IMG/VR virus record: IMGVR_UViG_3300020576_003018
Location: 1-64,000 of that record
Source of the DNA: a virus
Taxonomy: Duplodnaviria; Caudoviricetes
Reading direction: 5' to 3' (one strand)
Length of the DNA: 64,000 nt
Notes under the pieces: generated by a model
Databases searched by the model: none
What the model saw: the letters and a program-made list of their open reading frames with translations, nothing else
What the model was told of the DNA's origin: nothing
Shown: positions 48,019-55,326 of the stretch, piece by piece
Numbering within the stretch: position 1 is the first letter of the stretch
Layout: each line of letters begins with the position of its first letter
Position numbers and translations under genes: made by a program

Positions 48019-48309
48019 ATGAACCACGCCAAGACAGTGAAATACGTTCGGAAGATGGCTCTTGCCCTTCTTGCCTATGTGCAAGGATATGGTGGCAACG
48101 AGCCATTTTCTGTTGATGGTTTGGTATTCAACGGCAAGTCGTTCAACTATCTCGGAAACACAATCGGATTTTTGGATTTTGACACGCAGGAACTTCACTT
48201 GAATGTCAACAGCAGTTACTCGTGTCCTTTGATGCGAGATGTTCTCAACCAGTTTGGTTATTTTTTGGAGACTTCGTTTGAGGGTTGGAAGGTGATCTAC
48301 CATGTCTGA
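48019..48309 (+). CDS. Hypothetical protein
   Basis: 96-aa ORF. Confidence 0.6.
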   Translation: MNHAKTVKYVRKMALALLAYVQGYGGNEPFSVDGLVFNGKSFNYLGNTIGFLDFDTQELHLNVNSSYSCPLMRDVLNQFGYFLETSFEGWKVIYHV

Positions 48310-48762
48310 GACCAATACCATTTTCAGCAAGTTCATTTTGGAGGCAATCAAATTGTCTCGTGAGCATGAGTATGAACCTAACCTCCAGGCTTATCTGACG
48401 GCGTTGATTGTTTCAGGCGGGAAGATTCTGTCTGTTGGTTTTAATGGCCGGGATAAGGCATCCTCTGGCCTTCAGCGACGTTATTCCCAGCACAACTCTC
48501 ATCGTGCTTCCAAGCCTTGCACGATTCACGCTGAGATTGATGCTGTTTTGAACTGTCGGAAGAAGATTGATCTGACCGGCAGCAAAATCTTTGTGATTCG
48601 TCGGTTGCGTTTAGATTCTGTTGAGAATCCTTTGATTGCAATGGCGAAGCCTTGTCCGATGTGTCAGGCAGTGCTGTTCTCTCTTATGGTATTCGTCGTG
48701 CAACTTACACGATTTCCAATGATGAGTTTGGTGTGCTGAACATCACTGATCCCAGGAAGTGA
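48302..48762 (+). pseudogene. Zn-dependent CMP/dCMP-type deaminase with a frameshifted C-terminus
   Basis: HAEIDAV and KPCPMC motifs. Removing one CT at 48679-48684 restores SYGIRRATYT..., the usual deaminase tail, ending at TGA 48762. Confidence 0.75.
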
Positions 48763-48772
48763 AGTGGTTAAA

Positions 48773-49036
48773 ATGTTGAAGAGTGGTGGTTTGTTCCAAG
48801 TGGCTCGCATAACGATCGCCGTTTGGAGTATTTCCGATTTTGCTGATTTTCGCAGGGCTTCCACGTTGGAAGCGGGGGATTTTTTCATTCTTCTCAAGCC
48901 AAACAGTTCGTTTGGCTTTCATGTGAATTATTCAGAAATTCTGGTCTCTAAAGATGGCAAACGTGGTTTTATTGCGAACCTTGTCCTAAACATCCAAAAC
49001 GGTTTTGTTGTTGAAGTAAAGGAATTAGAACAATGA
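48773..49036 (+). CDS. Small paralog-family protein (KDGKRGFI triplet)
   Basis: GGLFQ...GDFFILL...ILVSKDGKRGFI...VVEV. Confidence 0.75.
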   Translation: MLKSGGLFQVARITIAVWSISDFADFRRASTLEAGDFFILLKPNSSFGFHVNYSEILVSKDGKRGFIANLVLNIQNGFVVEVKELEQ

Positions 49037-49302
49037 AGATTGGTAGTCTATATCGGGTTGTTTTAGGTTCGAAACCCTGGCTCCGCGGCCATGCCATTTG
49101 GGAGACTGATGAGATCGGCTCCGACGATGATGCTAAGATAGTCAGCAGGCTGTGCCGAGGAGATCACTTTGTTTTTCTTGGCAAAGGTCGGAATGGTTTC
49201 GATGAAATCCTAGTTTCCAAAGACGGTCAACGTGGCTTTATTCATGGTGTGGACGGGTTGTTGCAGGGGGGCGTGGTGGCAAAAGTGGAGACAGAGAAAT
49301 GA
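49033..49302 (+). CDS. Small paralog-family protein (KDGKRGFI triplet)
   Basis: IGSLYR...GDHFVFLG...ILVSKDGQRGFI. Confidence 0.75.
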   Translation: MKIGSLYRVVLGSKPWLRGHAIWETDEIGSDDDAKIVSRLCRGDHFVFLGKGRNGFDEILVSKDGQRGFIHGVDGLLQGGVVAKVETEK

Positions 49303-49532
49303 AAACTGGGGGTTTGTATCGGGCGATTGACAAAGATTCCAACTGGATTGTGTGGTGGAATGCCGATCCAACAGATAGAACAACGGTTTCTGTTTTGAGA
49401 GAGGGTGATCTGTTTGTTTATCTTGGCGAAGGACTAAACGACTACTCGAAGGTTCTCATTGTGAAAGATGGTAAACGTGGTTTTATTAGAATCAACAATG
49501 AACACGTTGTAGAAATGGACACTGATGAATGA
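49299..49532 (+). CDS. Small paralog-family protein (KDGKRGFI triplet)
   Basis: TGGLYR...GDLFVYLG...LIVKDGKRGFI. Confidence 0.75.
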   Translation: MKTGGLYRAIDKDSNWIVWWNADPTDRTTVSVLREGDLFVYLGEGLNDYSKVLIVKDGKRGFIRINNEHVVEMDTDE

Positions 49533-49807
49533 AAATCGGAGGGTTATTCCGGATTGTTGGCGGAGGAACTTGGGGCGTGTATTCGAACACTACAATTTCC
49601 GCCGAAGTAGCTTTCTGCATGAATGAGGGCGATTGCTTTGTTGTCCTGGAATGCGTCGAGCTAACCAAACGTCATACGGTTTCAAAAATTCTGGTGGTTG
49701 GCAGTTGTTTGAGCGGCTACATCTATTCCTCAGATCGTTCTGACTCCGTTTATTTGAAAGAATTGACAGACAGAGAGGAAGGTGTTGGTGATGGCAACTC
49801 CGTATAA
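49529..49807 (+). CDS. Small paralog-family protein
   Basis: IGGLFR...GDCFVVLE...YLKEL. Confidence 0.7.
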   Translation: MKIGGLFRIVGGGTWGVYSNTTISAEVAFCMNEGDCFVVLECVELTKRHTVSKILVVGSCLSGYIYSSDRSDSVYLKELTDREEGVGDGNSV

Positions 49808-50129
49808 TCCAAATTCCAGATATGTTCCTTGGCGAATCAAGATTGGAGATCTTGTGTTGATTCGTGCCAGTTTGGTTTATCATCCTGCTTCTGATGATGA
49901 CTATATTCTTGCCGTATTGGTAGAAATAAAAGAAGAAGGGGTTGATTTTATCAACCCCTGCAAGATCGTCTTTCTCTCCCCAAAACATGACAAAATTGCC
50001 ATCTTTCTCTCCCCAAAACATGACAAAATTGCCATCTTTCTGGACGTTGTGGAAAACGAGGTTGTTGTGTCAAAAGCAAACAGATACCTCATCAGACGCG
50101 CACCAAAAGACGAAAATGAAACAGGTTAA
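49791..50129 (+). CDS. Small paralog-family protein with an 11-aa internal duplication
   Basis: IKIGDLVL; FLSPKHDKIAI occurs twice. Confidence 0.65.
   Translation: MATPYNPNSRYVPWRIKIGDLVLIRASLVYHPASDDDYILAVLVEIKEEGVDFINPCKIVFLSPKHDKIAIFLSPKHDKIAIFLDVVENEVVVSKANRYLIRRAPKDENETG
49969..50041 (+). repeat. Perfect 33-nt tandem duplication with 7-nt flanking microhomology (tctttct)
   Basis: 49969-50001 = 50002-50034, followed by tctttct. Confidence 0.95.
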
Positions 50130-50418
50130 ACCATGTACGAATTTGACTCCTGGCAAACTCTACAGTGTTGTTAGATTGCCGTCCACCAATCGAAAGTTTT
50201 CCAACATTATTGAATTGGTCGGGGTTGATCATTTCACGCAAGAATTTGTTGACATTTCACCTGGAGACATTCTCATGTTTATTACCACGGTGGGACCGTC
50301 AAGTGACGCCTGTGCGGCATTAAACCTGTTTTTGTTTCAGAACAAACTGGTTCAAGTGGGTGCGTATATTCTAATACATGGTTTTTGGCTGGAGGAGGTT
50401 CAAAATGCTCATGAGTGA
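50116..50418 (+). CDS. Small paralog-family protein
   Basis: LTPGKLYS...PGDILMFI...WLEEV. Confidence 0.7.
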   Translation: MKQVKPCTNLTPGKLYSVVRLPSTNRKFSNIIELVGVDHFTQEFVDISPGDILMFITTVGPSSDACAALNLFLFQNKLVQVGAYILIHGFWLEEVQNAHE

Positions 50419-50644
50419 TCTTGTGGCCGGAACATTATGTGCTCACAAGGATTACGAAAATTATTTCCTTGTCATTCTGGGGAGGGATACAGAACAGGTA
50501 GAGGATTGCATTTATTGTTTCTTTTATTGTTTGGAGACATGGAGGGGAAAAAATGGACCAGACATAGAAGCAAGGCGTGTCTTTGCCCCATACATTCTTA
50601 GAAAATTCGACTTGGTTGCAACTCCACAGGAGGAATCAGAATGA
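50405..50644 (+). CDS. Small paralog-family-like protein
   Basis: LVAGTLC...FLVILG...YCLETW...FDLV. Confidence 0.65.
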   Translation: MLMSDLVAGTLCAHKDYENYFLVILGRDTEQVEDCIYCFFYCLETWRGKNGPDIEARRVFAPYILRKFDLVATPQEESE

Positions 50645-50895
50645 TCGAAACATACAGAAATCTTGTGATTGGAGGTCTTTACAAAATTAAAGATTGCTTT
50701 CTGCTTGTGCTTGGAGGTCTTTACAAAATTAAAGATTGCTTTCTGCTTGTGCTTGGACCTTCTGAAGAATACCCGAAAGATCGCGTTTATTGCATTGAAT
50801 CTTGGAAAACACAAGAGGGTATTCGTGTTGAGTTGGGCCATGTTCTAATCACCACCATTCTCAGGCATTACAAACTCGTTTCAACGGAGGAATAA
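50641..50895 (+). CDS. Small paralog-family protein with a 14-aa internal duplication
   Basis: GGLYKIKDCFLLVL occurs twice. Confidence 0.7.
   Translation: MIETYRNLVIGGLYKIKDCFLLVLGGLYKIKDCFLLVLGPSEEYPKDRVYCIESWKTQEGIRVELGHVLITTILRHYKLVSTEE
50669..50757 (+). repeat. Perfect 42-nt tandem duplication with 5-nt flanking microhomology (ttgga)
   Basis: 50669-50710 = 50711-50752, followed by ttgga. Confidence 0.95.
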
Positions 50896-50899
50896 AAGG

Positions 50900-51133
50900 A
50901 TGGAGTTGCGCTATCCTGACGACATGCCACTAGAAAAGGGTTGCCCTTATCCGATCATTGGTGGATTGTACCAACATCTCTTTTTTCCCGACACGTTTCT
51001 CCTTGTTGTTGAACACCATTCCGGTTCGGTTTTTACTTGCCTGGAGACAAGCGTTGGGAGGGATCCGATAATTTGTCACCTTTACGCCAGTTCCATTCAT
51101 CAGTACACCACTCTCGTCACCGATTTTGGTTGA
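50900..51133 (+). CDS. Small paralog-family protein
   Basis: PIIGGLYQ...FLLVV...TCLET. Confidence 0.7.
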   Translation: MELRYPDDMPLEKGCPYPIIGGLYQHLFFPDTFLLVVEHHSGSVFTCLETSVGRDPIICHLYASSIHQYTTLVTDFG

Positions 51134-51158
51134 CTCTGGCTCGAAGGCGGGGTAGAGT
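51130..51158 (+). promoter_or_regulatory. Sigma70-like promoter, 6 nt from ATG
   Basis: TTGACT, 17 nt, TAGAGT, 6 nt, ATG 51165. Confidence 0.75.
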
Positions 51159-51164
51159 CTGGTC

Positions 51165-51413
51165 ATGCTTCATCGAATGCCAAAACCGGGAGATGTGATC
51201 CAGCGCCGCACAGCGCAGTGCCGAGTTCTTTTTGTTCTTTCGAGTTTCGATGAAAAAATTGACAAGAAGTTGCATGAGGACAATTCACACTGTCGGATTG
51301 AGGCATTGGCACCTAACGGGACAAAGATCGAAGTCGTAGTAATCTTCTACGACAGTTGGATTTTCTTCATTGATTCAGAAGTTTCGGATAGAACCAACAA
51401 AATAGAGGAGTGA
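51165..51413 (+). CDS. Small paralog-family protein
   Basis: PKPGDVI...LFVL...EALAPNG. Confidence 0.65.
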   Translation: MLHRMPKPGDVIQRRTAQCRVLFVLSSFDEKIDKKLHEDNSHCRIEALAPNGTKIEVVVIFYDSWIFFIDSEVSDRTNKIEE

Positions 51414-51910
51414 AAGAGGATAACATGGAAGAGACGACTATTACAGAGAAGAAGGTTACGGTTCAGATCAAGGAGAATCCGCGGGACGTGTACTACATGC
51501 GTGGTCAGCAAACCCGAGATCATCTCAAGGCCAGAATGGAAGCCTTGAACGCTGGATATGATTACGACAATCCAGATTTTGACAAGATTCGAGAGTTTCT
51601 TGGGACTCTTCAAGTGGGTGACACGATTGGTCTTGACGACACAGCTTACAAGGTGGCAAAAGTTAACATTCCCGAGTGTTCTCTTTCCTTGTTCAATCTA
51701 ACACTGGCAAAACGTGGCAATCCACCAGCCGTGGATATTGCTTCGGAAACGATTGGGTTTGCTCTTGCGTGTGGGTTTGCTGAGATCCTTTATCGGGATG
51801 ACAAGCCTTACGGAATTGAGCTTGAGAAGGAATACACCATCAAGATTGTCAAGCGCGAAAAGGAGGAATCTGAAGATGGCACTGACGAAGAAGCAGAAAG
51901 TGATTCTTGA
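51410..51910 (+). CDS. Acidic hypothetical protein
   Basis: 166-aa ORF. Confidence 0.65.
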   Translation: MKEDNMEETTITEKKVTVQIKENPRDVYYMRGQQTRDHLKARMEALNAGYDYDNPDFDKIREFLGTLQVGDTIGLDDTAYKVAKVNIPECSLSLFNLTLAKRGNPPAVDIASETIGFALACGFAEILYRDDKPYGIELEKEYTIKIVKREKEESEDGTDEEAESDS

Positions 51911-52073
51911 TCGGTTTTGTTCTGGCACCACCAGGACTTCCGTGGTAGAGTACGAAGACCTTCCAGCCCATGTTCGTGAAGAGCTTGAGGGTGGGAAGCT
52001 GTGGGAATCACTTTGGTGTGATGCCACTCGATATGTGAATGATTCCCTGAACCCCAACAGAAAGAAAATGTAA
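51876..52073 (+). CDS. Small hypothetical protein
   Basis: MALTKKQK... with AAGGAGG upstream. Confidence 0.5.
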   Translation: MALTKKQKVILDRFCSGTTRTSVVEYEDLPAHVREELEGGKLWESLWCDATRYVNDSLNPNRKKM

Positions 52074-52159
52074 CTGATGACGAAGGTTGAACTCGCTTTC
52101 ATTCAACACTTCCTTTCTCTCTTCCTTGCTCTTTCCACAAACACTGCCAGGAAACACAA

Positions 52160-52555
52160 ATGACTGAAGCTGAGATCCTTCTGCTGCTTCCTTCTGTTTT
52201 CTCTATTCTGGAGAGCAGAAAGGAAAAGATCCTGGCAGAGTATAAAACCTTTGAGGAAGATGAGGATATCGACCCGAAAAAACTTTGGAGTCTTCTTGTA
52301 GACTCAAAGAGTTGGTTCGTTGCAGATGTTCACGAACTTCCAATTCAAGAGTTGGTGATGGTTGTTGATGATCTGCAAGCCATTCCAGATTGGTGTTGTG
52401 GCATGACTTATGTTTGCGTTCCTCCCTCTCAGTTGAAAGGAAATGAAATCGTGAAAACTTGGGTTTTTGAGTCAAAGCACGAAGAAGTCGATGAAGGCTT
52501 CGACTTGGTTGTTTGGACGGCTGACGACGCCATCGTTGCATGGGATTTCCGATGA
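52160..52555 (+). CDS. Acidic hypothetical protein
   Basis: 131-aa ORF coupled to the exonuclease gene. Confidence 0.6.
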   Translation: MTEAEILLLLPSVFSILESRKEKILAEYKTFEEDEDIDPKKLWSLLVDSKSWFVADVHELPIQELVMVVDDLQAIPDWCCGMTYVCVPPSQLKGNEIVKTWVFESKHEEVDEGFDLVVWTADDAIVAWDFR

Positions 52556-53127
52556 TTGAAACAAACAACAAAACATATCGTTGTTTTCTCGACACTGAAA
52601 CAACCGGACTGAACACTCGAAAGGATCAGATCATTGAGATTTGTTTGGTGCTGGAAGAATTTGATCCAGACCATCGTCACCTTCGTGGAAACATCGTTAG
52701 GACATTCACAACCAAGGTAAAGCCAACAATCAAAGTTGCTGAAAAGGCAGCGGTAATCAACGGATACACTCCAAAAGCCTGGGAGTATGCTCCTTACTTC
52801 TATGAGATTGCAGATAAGGTCGCAGAGATTTTAAGTCTTGCCATTGAGATTGTTGGGCACAACATCTCTTATGACAGAGCAATCATTGAAGAAGCAATGA
52901 TTCGTTGTTCTGGGCATGAGGATTTCAGCTTTTATCACACGATTGATACTGCAACCTTGGCTTATGAACATTGGGTGGTTCCCGGTTACATCCCCAAGCA
53001 AAGCTTGCCTGTTGTTACAAAGTATCTTGGAATCGAGCATTCCAAGGCTCATAGTGCCGAATCAGATACTCTTGCCTGCCGAGAAGTTTTTTATCGGGCT
53101 TTGAGTGAAGTAAACTGGAAACCGTGA
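52552..53127 (+). CDS. DEDDh 3'-5' exonuclease (DnaQ-like)
   Basis: FLDTETTG, VGHNISYD, IDT and AHSAESD motifs. Confidence 0.92.
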   Translation: MIETNNKTYRCFLDTETTGLNTRKDQIIEICLVLEEFDPDHRHLRGNIVRTFTTKVKPTIKVAEKAAVINGYTPKAWEYAPYFYEIADKVAEILSLAIEIVGHNISYDRAIIEEAMIRCSGHEDFSFYHTIDTATLAYEHWVVPGYIPKQSLPVVTKYLGIEHSKAHSAESDTLACREVFYRALSEVNWKP

Positions 53128-53402
53128 AGGAGTTCAATGGCACAATGATGTATTTTGTGACGACTGCATGGAGAGGTTCTCTCAACATTTCGAATGCTCG
53201 CATGTTTACTGACCTTGATGAAGCATTGAAACACTATCGTGTTCTGGCAAAAATGGAAGAACCTTTTTTGTCTGAGGATGGAACTGGTTGTTTTATTCGA
53301 ATTTATGAGAGTAAAGCGGGTGAACCTATCAAGCTGATGCCGGTAAAAGTGCTTAGGGCTGCAATGGCCAAGATCATCAAGAACGAATCCTCTTCTTCCT
53401 AA
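53124..53402 (+). CDS. Hypothetical protein
   Basis: 92-aa coupled ORF. Confidence 0.6.
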   Translation: MKEFNGTMMYFVTTAWRGSLNISNARMFTDLDEALKHYRVLAKMEEPFLSEDGTGCFIRIYESKAGEPIKLMPVKVLRAAMAKIIKNESSSS

Positions 53403-53405
53403 TCG

Positions 53406-54179
53406 TCATTCTCCTCCGAGAATGACCTTCTTCAAAACATCTTTCAGGTTTGCTGACTCGTTGACTCGATCTCTTCCGAGGTTTGGATCAAATGTTCCAG
53501 TTGGTGTTGACTTGCTTTGTGCGTAGTTCAATGCTTGCTGGGACATTCTTTGTGTTGGAGCAGCACGAGGAACTCTTCCAGAAACTCCGAAAGCTGGGGG
53601 AGAAGGGGTTACTCTAGCAGCACTACGAATTTCATCCGGGGTTTGGCTTGCAGCCATTGGTTGTGTTTCATTTGATCTCGTTGCACCAAGCTCAGAAGTT
53701 CCCATGTGTTTTGTTGGGTTGCTTGCTGGGTTAGCAACGGCATTTGGAGTTACTGCTGGCAAAACCTTCCCTTGAGGAATTGTTGGTGCTGTTGCAACAT
53801 CGCTTTTTGGAAGTGGAGGAGGAGGATTCCCAGCAGAAACCGCTTTCGCAACAGTTGAAGAGTGTTTTGCTGTATCCTTGTCCAGCTTCATCCCTGGTGG
53901 TTCTCCCATAAATTTGATTGAGCCAAGAGCACCAATGTCAGATTCAACATCGTCAATTGCGTCATAAGCTTTTTGGAAGTCTGGGAGTTTTGATCCTGGA
54001 CTTCTGACTGTCATTCCGATGTTGTTGAGTTTGCGAAGGGTTGCTCCTTTCAAGGCATCGACAACGGGAGAGTTTTTGATTGAGAATTCTTGTTTCCCAG
54101 AAGGAGATGGAGTGCTGTATTGCTCAGGCAAAAACTTCTCCAGAATGATCCAGTCTTTAATGAGGTTTTTCAAGGACAT
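53406..54179 (-). CDS. Low-complexity Pro/Ala/Thr-rich probable late/virion protein
   Basis: TATTTA 13 nt upstream of ATG 54179; N-terminus MSLKNLIKDWIILE. Confidence 0.65.
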   Translation of the reverse strand: MSLKNLIKDWIILEKFLPEQYSTPSPSGKQEFSIKNSPVVDALKGATLRKLNNIGMTVRSPGSKLPDFQKAYDAIDDVESDIGALGSIKFMGEPPGMKLDKDTAKHSSTVAKAVSAGNPPPPLPKSDVATAPTIPQGKVLPAVTPNAVANPASNPTKHMGTSELGATRSNETQPMAASQTPDEIRSAARVTPSPPAFGVSGRVPRAAPTQRMSQQALNYAQSKSTPTGTFDPNLGRDRVNESANLKDVLKKVILGGE

Positions 54180-54228
54180 AGGTGTTGTCATGTAAATACT
54201 GACACCTGGGCAACAAAGATAAACAGGT

Positions 54229-55125
54229 ATGCCCAACATCGAGTTTTATGTTCCAAACAACGCCGAAGTGATTTTCGTTGAGGATTTTTTCGTGGATGAG
54301 ATTCTGGGAGGTGCCGAGCTGACCTCTGATGCCATTATCCAGGCCGCCGATAGGATGGTATGCCACCTTCACTCACGCTCCCTCACCGAGCGCCTTGTTA
54401 AAGCTCACAGAGCCAAGAAATGGGTGTTTGGAAATCAAACCCAGGTTCCCCACTGGATCCTTAACCTCTTCCTTGAACTCAACGTCGAATATCATTTCTT
54501 TGAGTACGACTACAAACCATGTGTCTATCGCTCAACCAAAAAACATGAATCCATCACTGGAAAACCATGCGACTGCAATCAATCCCAGCACGGCCAATGG
54601 ATGGCCCACTGGATGACAAGCGCAAAAACATTGTTCTGGTGCTCTGGAAAACAACGAGACAAGTTCTATTCCGAATATCCTCATCTCGCCGGTAAAACAC
54701 GAGACTTTGTTCAAGGATCCACCTTCTATCCAGAAACAATCAAAAAGATTCGTGCTGTCAGAGAACAAAATCTCCCAGCACAAGATCATTGGTGCATCCT
54801 CGATTCCGATAGCTGGATCAAGGGAACCTCTGACGCTGTTGATTTCTGCAACCAAAATGGAATGAAGTTCGTGCTGCTTAAAAATCTCAGCAACGAAGAC
54901 TTTCTAAAACAACTAAGCTCCAGCAAGGGTCTTATCTTCTTTCCCAGAGACATGGACGTTGGTAGCAGAATCACAATTGAATCAAAACTCCTGGGGAGAG
55001 AAGTTATCCTGAACTGCAACGTCCTCGTCCAGTTTGAACCCTGGTTCTCTGGGAGCTTGGAAGGCATCGAAGAGTATTTCCTCGACGGACCAATGAGATT
55101 TTGGAAAACAATCCGCGGCTCCTAA
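54229..55125 (+). CDS. GT-B-like glycosyltransferase (isolated from the main cluster)
   Basis: GGAE N-terminal motif; C-terminal LKQLSSSKGLIFFP..MD.GSRITIESKLLG resembles a GT4 signature. Confidence 0.55.
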   Translation: MPNIEFYVPNNAEVIFVEDFFVDEILGGAELTSDAIIQAADRMVCHLHSRSLTERLVKAHRAKKWVFGNQTQVPHWILNLFLELNVEYHFFEYDYKPCVYRSTKKHESITGKPCDCNQSQHGQWMAHWMTSAKTLFWCSGKQRDKFYSEYPHLAGKTRDFVQGSTFYPETIKKIRAVREQNLPAQDHWCILDSDSWIKGTSDAVDFCNQNGMKFVLLKNLSNEDFLKQLSSSKGLIFFPRDMDVGSRITIESKLLGREVILNCNVLVQFEPWFSGSLEGIEEYFLDGPMRFWKTIRGS

Positions 55126-55174
55126 CTCTTCCCTTCTTGAGAACCACTCTCACCTTCTTGACCATCCTCTTCTT

Positions 55175-55217
55175 TAAGAGATGCCTCCTTCAATCCCCTT
55201 CTGGTTATCTTCCACTA
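55175..55217 (+). repeat. Dispersed repeat copy D
   Basis: Core 55198-55216 is identical to copies A and B; the upstream ttaagag..cc.cctt flank is shared with copy B. Confidence 0.9.
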
Positions 55218-55261
55218 GGCAAGAAAGTTGATCAAGGAAACCCCTAGATTCTCTGGGGGAA

Positions 55262-55277
55262 GCCGGGGGAGGCCCCC
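55262..55277 (+). repeat. GC-rich 16-mer, second copy
   Basis: Identical to 26944-26959. Confidence 0.8.
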
Positions 55278-55290
55278 CTGACGATTTTTC

Positions 55291-55320
55291 TTGACGTATG
55301 GTCATTCGGCATGGTACCTT
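55291..55320 (+). promoter_or_regulatory. Sigma70-like promoter, 6 nt from ATG
   Basis: TTGACG, 18 nt, (TGg)TACCTT, 6 nt, ATG 55327. The upstream gatttttcttgac is shared with the 34311 promoter. Confidence 0.7.
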
Positions 55321-55326
55321 TTGGTC

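Noticed and set aside
6054-55148. 15-nt match ttcttgagaaccact at 6054-6068 and 55134-55148
   Set aside because: A match this short is expected a few times by chance in 64 kb; noted only because it lies near repeat copy D.
9241-55277. Four-copy repeat as a CRISPR array
   Set aside because: Copies are kilobases apart with no regular spacers. The only Cas-like gene is a stand-alone Cas4-like nuclease, which is common in phages.
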